NCBI GenBank assembly: GCA_951406725.2
Contig: OX597815.1
Coordinates: 95,852,001 to 95,916,000, forward strand
Source of the DNA: Octopus vulgaris
Lineage: Eukaryota
Reading direction: 5' to 3'
DNA: 64,000 bases
The notes under the pieces are model-generated. The model was not told the origin of the DNA, searched no databases, and was given only the letters and a program-made list of their open reading frames with translations. This document shows positions 53,384 to 64,000 of this stretch, in pieces (positions within the stretch are counted from its first letter, which is position 1; each line of letters starts with the position of its first letter). The translations under genes were made by a program, and so were the position numbers.

Positions 53384-53956
53384 GATGAAAGTTGAACATA
53401 ATATCATTATTTCTAAACTTAATTCGAAACGTACGTGTGGGACTTAAATTGTATGATAGATTGCCGTATTCTTGCCGTCTGTGTTTGCTCATGCTGTATG
53501 AATTCCTTATAGAAGATATAATATATATATAACCTATTAGTATTACAAATAATTAAATCGAAATAAAATTTCAATTTGTATTATATATATATATACACAA
53601 AATCAAAACAGAACAAAGGATATCGCGGTACACTTGTTTAAAGCTTTATAAACGATCTGTTCTTACATCAGTGTATAATAGATATAAAATATGGTTTAAA
53701 GCTCTCTTCAACCGCGTATATTGTTATTCCAAAGAGTTACATCAGACTACAAATAAGAGAGCTTTAAACCATACGTTATATCTATTATACACTGATGTAA
53801 GAACAGGTCGTTTATAAAGCTTGAAACACGTGTACCGCGATATCCTTTGTGTTCTGTTTTTGATTTTATTTGATTATATTCTCTCTCACCTCTTCCACTA
53901 TCCGGCGTATACAGGTGCTTACACTTACCAAGTATTCACCCTAAATTTGCAGTACC

Positions 53957-54017
<61 letters not shown>

Positions 54018-54245
54018 TGTATATATGTATGTGTGTATATGTTTGTGCGTCCGTGTTTGTCCCCCCAACATCGCCTGACAACCAATGCTGGTGTGTTTAC
54101 GCCGCCGTAACGTAGCGGTTCGGCAAAAGAGACTGGTAGAATAAGTACTAGGCTTGCAAATAATAAGTTCTGGGGTTGATTTGCTCGACTAAAGCGGTGC
54201 TCCAGCATGGTCACGTTCAACTGACTGAAACAAGTAAAAGAGTAA
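53127..54245 (+). mobile_element. Octopus-type SINE split within its internal (TA)n
   Basis: Head 53127-53292 and tail ~54045-54245 match the two halves of 38130-38535. Confidence 0.8.
53599..53867. repeat. Inverted repeat with ~110-bp arms (PLE-like palindromic element)
   Basis: 53599-53708 is the reverse complement of 53755-53867. Confidence 0.9.
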
Positions 54246-56984
54246 TAAATATGTAGAATTAATAGATTTCACAATCTAATATGCATGTTAAAACTTAAAT
54301 TGGGTGCAGTTGTTGATTTGCAATAGTAAGAATTTTATAGTGAAATACGATTATCGTAAGCACAATGATTTTGTTTTACGGTATCAGCCACCTAACCATG
54401 GAAAGGCGAGACGACGCTGAGCAATATGATCAAATGCTTAAAGCGATGCCCATTGCATCTTTTAAGTTGCTAGTATATTATACACCGGATGATATTACGC
54501 ATTGAGCCATTCTACATATAAACTTGTCATGGTGTCTTTAGATATATTTGATTCTTCGTTGATATTTCTATCGCAACGTGTGACCATATTGGTACTCCAT
54601 GACTGACTCAAAATTTAATAAGTATCTTACTAGATTTCTTACGAAGGATAATAAATTCACATATGGACCCAGCACACTTGGTAATGTTTAATTCTTAAAC
54701 ATATTTCAGTTATTGAAATGCACCCAGGTTTGGTGAAGTATCGTAGTTGATGAAATAGATCCTGGTGTCCACCTTGTTAAAGTCCGGTTTTTATCGTACA
54801 CGTTACTTCGTGCTGCACCTATAACCTATGAAAGACATAAAGAAACAATCATAAACGATTGGCATGTAGTGATACAAAGAGGAAAAGGACACACACATAT
54901 TTCTTCAAATGAGAGTCTGCCTTCTACGGGACGTAGTAATGGCATTAATTATTATACATTAGGATATTTCTCAGAGCCGATTTGATAATGACAATATAAC
55001 TTAAATCCGTATTATCCGATTGAAGCCCTTAACGAACTTTATTAATGATGATTATCATTTCTAAACGATATCAACTGATTTTGCATAAGATTCAGTAGAT
55101 TATATTCTCCTTATAATGGCATCTAATCCAACATAAGTTTTCAATCGTTTGCGAGCGCTACAGATTTCTCAAGACACATCTAACTGAGCTGATATTATCT
55201 GCGAAGTTTCAGTAATTGCAAGAATAAAACTGAATCGATAAAAGTTTACGTCCATTACTATCATGAATTAAACGAATTTCTTATTTTCTTTCTTATGGTT
55301 AACAGTAGTGCGTCTTGTGGCAATTTTATTTTTATCTATTTCAGCTCAAACTAATATGAATTCAAATGAAATATGTGGTTAAAACCATTTTTATTTCTCG
55401 TCTAAGATATGTTATTATTCAATTTATCGCCAAAACAAACGTTACATTGCATGAGGAAATGACTACATCGTGACATTTGTGTCTTTAACATTAGCTTGAT
55501 TCAGTTCTTCATCAAAATAAAAGCTAACGTATTCCAGGAAATAATCGTATTGTAACATTTGAAAACGTTTATGAAAACGGAGTTTGCATTCAAAAGCAGA
55601 TGGTAAAAAATCATAAAGTTAATGATCACATTGAGAAGCAGCGAAGCAAATATTTATATTCTGTTTCACTCACAGAATAAGGAATATTGCGATTTTAAAA
55701 TTTCGTTAACTTAAAGTATTAAGATTCTTCCTATAAGAACATCTCTTCTAGTTGAAAAGTAGGTTTAAGATTTGCAGGATAAGAGAATAAACCAGAGTAA
55801 GGCAGAATAACAATATAAAAATTGGCGATTATAATTATACTATTTGAAAAAATGGTAATGCAATCTATAAAATTAGAGCAGTTTGACAGTGTTACTCGCA
55901 TTTCAATATGTCACAGTGTGCACACCTACTTCAGGACATCTCTGGAAACGAACTTGATATCGGCTTCGTGCTTCTCTAATCTGTTATTAACATGGTGTGT
56001 AGATCGTAATTAGTGCCTCTTTATTTTCAAGTTTTCCGTGTATATTTTCTATAGCTTCAATCGGAACTTGTATGTTGTATTTCTGTAGATTTTGTTGTAT
56101 TCTTTTAGTGATGAAATATTAGCATAAAGTTGATCTTTAATCTGTATGCATTAATATCCTGATGCTACTTTCGATGTAGAATGTACTACATATGTTATGA
56201 GTGATTTTATGCATAAAGCAGCACAACCAACATATATGATCATGTTTGAGCTGAAAAGTAAGAACACTTCTATGCACATAGTACCCCAATCGATATAACT
56301 TCAGAAATTCTATACCCACGAAATCTAGCTTGCCGTTGAATCAACAGAAACAAAAGAAATTTGGAAACTTAAGAATGAACGTATATTTTTTAATAAACAT
56401 ATACCACATATTAGTAGATCAGAGTTGCTGAAGGTAGATTGGTTACTCTAATAAAACATGCCGAACTCACATACTGCAAGACAGAGAAGTCAGCGAATAA
56501 CAAATGTCTCCTAATATTTCCTGACGAAGGAGTCCTAACCTGGAAATATTGAAATACTATCTAGATATAGCAGCCTGTTTTATCTGTTATAAATTGTATT
56601 GTTTTAGCATGAAAATATAATTTACAGCATATATACGAGGCAATACTCCATGAAAACTATACTACTTAAATAAATATATGAAATAACAAACATTCGAGCT
56701 CAAGGAATCTTAGAAAATCTTTTTACTAAAATGAACGTTTATTTGTAGGAGCAATAGAGAGTCGTTTGCTAATACAATTAGTGTAGAGATAGTTATAGCC
56801 GTTGCTGTATTATGACAGCAGTCGTTTCATTAGATTTCTATTAAATTTTCCTAATTAGGCAAGCTAATTCTGTGTTGATTGTAAAAATGTTATTATGTAC
56901 CTATATATCGAAATATTCTTCGAGGGCAATATTATACGTTTAATATATACACATAGATACATACATAAATACATACGTACATAT

Positions 56985-57027
<43 letters not shown>

Positions 57028-58341
57028 CACATACATATATGCGTACATACCTACAAAATACATACGTACGTACATACATACGTACATATATATACAAGCA
57101 AAAACACACGCACACACATATATATTTACATATATATATATATGTGTGTGTGTATGTGTGTATATACATAGTGGGTAAGGGTTATATATGCTCCAGCAAG
57201 ATACAAATCACGTAGTAATGCTCAAATGAATTTGAACTTATACTAGAATTCATTGTCCAGGCTCAGCTGTGCAGCGTTAAGTGTGGCTAGAAGAGAAATC
57301 CACGACGAGCTGGATATATTAATGCAGATAAACAAAATCAGACGCCACACACATACATACATAAAATTACAGAATAATAGGAAGGAAATACAAAACATTT
57401 TAACTCTGCAGCTGTTTTGGGAAGTGCGGTGTTATGTAATAATCGTAATATTAATATTAATAACGATATCACCTCTGGTCTTCTCAAAAGCTTTGGACCA
57501 CATGAATCACTTCAGCATAGAGATGATCCTAACCCCAACCACAATGGTAAATCTGTAAATCTGTAATTGTAGTTTCCGAAATATGCATAGGTTTTAGATG
57601 TTTCTTTTGTGTTAACGCTTTTTTGTTAGCATTTAATGGCTTCATTCATAATCTGGCTTTTGTGGATTTCCGGAAGGATCAGAATTCTATTTTAAACAAG
57701 GGCAAAAATTCAAAATTAAATCTAATTTCACTTGCACCTCTGAAAACCTCATTTATGTCCTAAGATGCTTGGCCTATCATAAATACTATATAGGTCCCAC
57801 ATAAATGTTCCTTGGACGTAGTTCACAGCCAACACATCTCTTCCCCACAATATCGTCAAATACATCTCAGTGAGCACATTGACAGATGTGCAGAACAATT
57901 TCAACCATAATTCCTAAACTTACCATTATATCAATGTGCTATTTTTAACTCGGCACAAGTTCATCTAAAGTCAGAGGTCTCATTCATCGCAAATTATAAG
58001 CCAGAACTTAATATAAACTCATTCATGATTACAGATTTCTCCTTTTAGTAAAAAATATTTTGGATACCAATTATCCGCCACTAACAAAAAATTTCTCATT
58101 TCGAATTACATCTAACACGCAAAATTGAAAAGCTTCAGCGAAACCGGCCACTTTATTAGAGGAAAAATATTATTTGTATAATGTTCTACAATACATTTGC
58201 CATGACAACTTAAATATATCATTTAGTCTTGTTAAACACATCTTATGTGTTTTATCTTCATATTTCTTTCCTCATATATATACGTACATATATTAATATA
58301 CATATATATATATGCACGTATATATATATATATATATATAT

Positions 58342-58789
58342 ATACTTATAAATTTAGGATATAATCATTAACATGATAATATCAGTGACTCACGTATAGA
58401 AAAACAACATATCGTTAAAATTAATTTTTAAGTACATAATTATAAGTATATAATTATAACAAATATGATTATAAATAACTTCAGGACAGTGGAATGTCAG
58501 CGCCTATACCGTAGACATAGATATCAAATATCTGCAATCCACTCTCAATTTGTTCTCTATATATAAACCATTCGACCTTCGATTATAAATAGAGATTATA
58601 GGTATTTGACATCTACTTCTCGCGTATAGAAGCTGATCTTCCAGTGCCCTTAATTATAATTATATTTTTATATTTACATGCTTAAAAAGTCTTTTTTACC
58701 GATATGATCATTTTTTATACGCTAGCCATTGATATAATCATGTTAATGATAAAATCATATTAATGATAATATCCCCAATTTATAAGTAT
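58342..58789. repeat. Decayed long inverted repeat next to (TA)n
   Basis: ATACTTATAAATT / AATTTATAAGTAT, ATCATTAACATGAT / ATCATGTTAATGAT, TAGATATCAAATA / TATTTGACATCTA. Confidence 0.7.
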
Positions 58790-59197
58790 AAATAATGTTG
58801 TCCTCTCGAGTTATTATATCATACTGCGTACTGTATTTACCCCGTATGATTTCTGACATTAATAACATAGCAAAGATGGGTGATTAGATGTAATATATAC
58901 GCGGAAGATGCATGTATATATTGGTATATGTACGCAAACATTACTCTGTGTATATATGTATATTTTGCTTATATATTATACGTTTATCGCTACTGAGGTG
59001 TCCAGACCATTGTAATCATCAATACAGAGCACGAAATCTTAAGATAGAGGATTATCCGAAATGTGTAAATCTTCTTGCTCATTTCCTCACATTCGGTCTT
59101 GTGTTATAAATTTGATGTGGATTGTTGGTATTTGACATTTATATCTAGTGAGACCTTAATTAGAATCATATTTCTATAATTGCATACTTTATATATA

Positions 59198-59237
<40 letters not shown>

Positions 59238-60196
59238 GTATATACGTATATATATGTATATACATATATATATACATATAATAACATATATGTATGTATA
59301 TATATCTGTTTGTATAAATATATATAGAGATAAATAGATAGATAAACACGTGCGTGCGTACGTATATATATATATATATATATATTTGCACACACGTACA
59401 GATATATCTATGTTTACTACTATGATTGTAAATCAGAAATTGTACAGTTGGCCAGAAGCGGTCACGTTGTTCTCAGGATGGCATGGGATTTGTACTTCTG
59501 CATATATTCCTCTGTTTAATAATATGTTCCCTTTGTCTAAACTAATTCGAATTTTTACTGTTTGTAGTAGTTATTTTGTGGGCTCAGCAGGAATATCTGT
59601 TATTTGGGATGCACTTTTAAGTGCAAAATAAGACACTATACATATTCATGTATCTCACATTTCCAAATATTCTTCCCTTCTAACTAATTTACTTTGTTTG
59701 CATGTATTTGTTGTTTGACTCATTTCGTATTTCTAGATCTTGGCGTTTTATTGTGCTTAGATGAAATGCCAAATCAGGTTAAGTTGTGCCCATGATAAAC
59801 CTCAAATATATTATTCATGCACCGTCGTTGCTGTGTCTTTTTTGTTAGCCAAGTATAGAACATATAATTACCATAAATAACTTTGCAAATATGTTTTTTT
59901 TTTATGTGATGATTATGATGTAGCATTTCCGTAATTCTCATAGTAATGTGATGTTTGTGGTCGTATTCTGTTTTTATTGTGATTGTTTCCTCTGATGCGT
60001 CTGCTTTGTTACTTCCAAGATTCAAAATTGGTTTTCATAGACACCAGTGTAAATACGTTCTTTGTGGGACCCATTTCCTATTCTATCTAAATAACGCCGG
60101 AGTATTTCTGCAGCAATGTCTCGAGAATTATAGGATGTTATCTTCGTCTTTAGCTGATGTATATGCTATGGAACTATGAGAAATATGTACAACTCC

Positions 60197-60555
60197 GTAA
60201 AATAAATTGCAGGTTCCGCAATAGTTAATTTTGTAATCTACATAGGCTTAAAAGATAGGTTACTATCCCGTACATTGTAGCATTTCATACGTTGATGGTG
60301 AATTTATTTTGTATTAGTAGTTGGCACAAAACCATAGGTAAAATAGAAAGCATGCAAAGGGTTTCATATATTTTGTGGTAAAATAAATTGCAGGTTCCGC
60401 AATAGTTAATTTTGTAATCTACATAGGCTTAAAAGATAGATTACTATCCCGTACATTGCAGCATTTCCTACGTTGATGGTGAATTTACATTGTATTAGTA
60501 GTTGGCACAAAATCATAGGTAAAATAGAAAGCATGCAAAGGGTTTCATATATTTT
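60197..60555. repeat. 181-bp tandem duplication (2 copies)
   Basis: GTAAAATAAATTGCAGG...GGGTTTCATATATTTT at 60197 and 60378, few mismatches. Confidence 0.95.
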
Positions 60556-60699
60556 AAGGTACATTTGTTCATAGATTGAGGTTAAGTTTAGTTCGAAAGT
60601 TGAGATGGCGATATTGTGGCTTAAAAATGACATGGATTACCGTTTTATGAGTCTGTGTGGCTTGTATGTAAGAGACGCGTGCCTATATAATGTTTATAT

Positions 60700-61410
60700 T
60701 ATGGGGAATGTTTTGCACTTCAACATTGTTCATGAATTAACCAAAGCAGATGTTCAACGACGGGTGGCCATTTGCAGAAAACTGCTAGTAAATCATCGAG
60801 ATGACTATTTGGGAATCGAGTTGTAACTGGAGATGAGAAATGAAGCTATTTTTGAAATCCTAATCAGAGAAATCTGCATCTACATTTCGGCAAGGCTTTA
60901 GACTGTGTTAAAAACAAACAATAAATTAACACAAAACAGAAAACACAAAGCCGTATGACAGAATTTTATATTTTGTATTTGCGGGTATTTCGAAGTGTAG
61001 CAATACGAATATGCACCATACGAATTTATGGTCAAAAAACTCACCGAGGTTATGATGCTTAATAAGTCCGATAGTCGGCATGGACCAATCGAAGACACAC
61101 ACTCCTACAGCATGACAATAAAAGCACACACACTGCCACTGTAACCAGACGTAAACCTGAAGAAATTGACAGGTTGGAAACGTTCCCTTACCCTGCACAC
61201 AGCCCCGAACATAGTTCCATCAACTCACCACATATTTCAGCCACAGATCTTCACCTGCACAGGTGAAGGTTCAAGACTGTAGATGAGATTGAAATGCAAG
61301 GAAAGTTTTGCTTCTAACCAAGCCAATTCATGCAATCGTCGAACGGAGCACCTGGCACAATGATGGAAACAGACAGGAAAATATGTCCAGATATATTTTG
61401 ATGAATAAAT
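60700..61410 (+). mobile_element. Decayed mariner transposase
   Basis: HELTKADVQRRVAICRKLL, VVTGDEK, LLQHDNKSTH and YPAHSP motifs with stops and frameshifts. Confidence 0.8.
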
Positions 61411-61471
61411 GCATGCAGTTGGTCTTCAGTCTTTTTGATCACTTAATTACTGTCTGAAATACAAAAGTATG

Positions 61472-61528
<57 letters not shown>

Positions 61529-63065
61529 GTATATATATGTGTATGTATAAATGTATATATATATATATGTATATATATATGTATGCACACAAGCGCATAA
61601 TGCGTGCACACACATATACACACGCATATATATAATATAGCTTCAAGGTAAGTTCAGTCTCATGACATTTCCTTTTCAGAATGTCTTTGAAAAAATAAAA
61701 ATGAAGACTTAAAAAAAGATCTAATATTTCTTTACATTAAGTTGTAATAAAATGTAACGTATACGATTGTTGTAATAATTTGTAATTGATTGATGACAAA
61801 AAAGAAGCTATAAACGAACAACTTACTGCAGCTCACTTTATAGTTAAGATTCGAAACTTTTTTCTTCTTTTAATTTTACAATTTGAAGATGAAGCGAATT
61901 CAACGGGGAATATCCAGCAGATCTTTTGTACGAATGAAATTCAATTTACTTTTCGTAATATCTCTGCTTTTATGCCTTATCGAATATCGGAATATAGCCT
62001 GGGACAAAGGTATTTCGGTTTTTTCTTATATTATACCAGTATGTAGTTTGAGGTTTAAATTGATATACATATATTAGGGTCGTGTCTTGTATTTTCTTGT
62101 ATCTCACTTCGTCATTTACGTTCAAAAAGAATATCACAGTATGTGATTGACTCTGAGAGAAGTATTACCATTGTGAATCTCGTCTCTGATCTATAACAGT
62201 GGGGCCCCGACATTAGAAATTTAATTTCTTCCGTATATCCGTGCATCTGTAATATCTGTGCATATATATACTAAAGTATGTATCTATATATCTCCATTAT
62301 CTTATATCAATATGTCAACACACCTATACATCTATCTATGTGCATCTTCAACATTTATATGTGATTATATATATATATATATATATATATACATGCATAT
62401 AAATAAAACAAATGTATGCGCTTCTATGAGTGTACTTATTTGCCTCTACATGTTTGTGAGAGTGCGCGCACGCTTTTGTGTGCACATTTTCTACAACATG
62501 TATATTACTTGAATTATAATGTCTTAAAATGGCATTGTATATATCACATCCACATTTTTCGAACGCGATATGAAGTGTAGTAAACATATTTGAGAAAAAG
62601 TTGGAGGAACTGTCATAGTCTTCAAAGTGGTTGGGAAAATTTGAATTCTTATAGTGAGGATTTTCCTTAAGATGAAAGGTCGTTGCATATTTCAACGAAA
62701 TTATCGCAACTAAATTTCATCAAGTTTTCGTTTTCTTGTTTTCAATGTCTTGGCGTGCAGTAAAGAAAACGTTAACATATTGCGCATTTTTACACACGCG
62801 ATTATGTTTCACTATTTTGTCATCACCGTGAACAAATAATTAAGGAGTAAGGAATTGCAAACTTCAAAATAATACTCAAATTTAATTTTCTACATCTAAT
62901 CAGTTGTTTATAAACATATTTTGCCCTGTCGCTCACTGTGTAGCTTGGTACATACGTCGTTGTAGGATACATTCCAGGAGAAGAATTTTACCTGTGTTAT
63001 AAGTCTAGTTACAAATTCGCTAATATATTGCATGTATTCTATTGAAGGAAATAATCCAATGCACG

Positions 63066-63119
<54 letters not shown>

Positions 63120-63550
63120 CTTTTAAATTGGTTTAAAGGAAACATTTTTGAGCTCCTGTCATTATATCGAGTAGAACTTAGTGTTAGAGATTTGAAAGTC
63201 CTGTGGAGTTGTACTGAAGTTTTACGAAATAGTTTTATGACGTAGTACTGGGCTATGTCGATATAATTTAGGATAGTTATAGTAATAGCAATAATAATCC
63301 ACAGCTGGAATCTATAAATGTTTTAATGTATCGCCATGCGTCTTACCACACATGACAAGGTTATTACGATCATAGTCATTAATCCTGAAGTGATTACAGT
63401 ATATTCCATAGTAACCATGGACATAGGATAGATCATAGTTCATGTGTTCATTTCATCGGCGGATGCATAAGCAAATACATATAAACGTATATACATTACT
63501 TATGTATATATATATTCACTCGCCCAAATAAACAGACACACGACATTTAC

Positions 63551-63612
<62 letters not shown>

Positions 63613-63694
63613 TAAATATTAGGGAATAAATCCAAATTTACAGGGAAAAAAATCAGATTTAGGATTAAATCCAATTTTATAGTAAAATATTATA

Positions 63695-64000
63695 AAATAT
63701 TATTAGAGACAAAACCACTATTTTGCAAAACAAACAAGGAAAGACTTAATCAATACATAAAATTTTAATAAATAGTCAAAAAACCGCCACTACAATCGTT
63801 TCTTGTCTTGATCGACAATCTTCAGGTGGACTTCAATAAGTCAGTTTCAAATTATGAAGTATTTGAAACTGACTTATTGAAGTCCACCTGAAGATTGTCG
63901 ATCAATGGCGTTTTTTTGACTATTTATTAAAATTTTATGTATTGATTAAGTCTTTCCTTGTTTGTTTTGCAAAATAGTGGTTTTGTCTCTAATAATATTT
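63695..64000. repeat. Near-perfect long palindrome (young PLE-like element), runs off the window end
   Basis: 63695-63852 is the reverse complement of 63861-64000 except for one ~18-bp deletion. Confidence 0.92.
63787..63829 (-). ncRNA. Type I hammerhead ribozyme motif with complete core
   Basis: Minus: CCAC-CTGAAGA-TTGTC-gatcaa-GACAA-GAAAC-gatt-GTA-GTGG. Confidence 0.8.

Overview
AT-rich, microsatellite-dense animal DNA, most likely an octopus intron or intergenic region (inferred from recognisable octopus-type tRNA SINE families, not verified). No host protein-coding gene can be supported. Nearly all interpretable sequence is transposable-element debris, often nested: R4/Dong-like RLE LINEs in (TAA)n tracts, a CR1/L2-group LINE, Penelope-like remnants, Chapaev-like, Tc1-like and mariner transposase pseudogenes, three GGATCT-ended MITEs with 8-bp TSDs, two DINE-1/HINE-like elements and many SINEs. 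Two things stand out. (1) Three divergent copies of a ~1.7-1.9 kb retroelement encode only an ORF1/Gag-like CCHC protein and no RT; two are head-to-tail inside a HINE and one has a ~17-bp TSD. (2) Several non-coding palindromic elements carry minimal hammerhead ribozyme motifs, including one with a tRNA-like Pol III head. All coordinates and alignments were read by eye.
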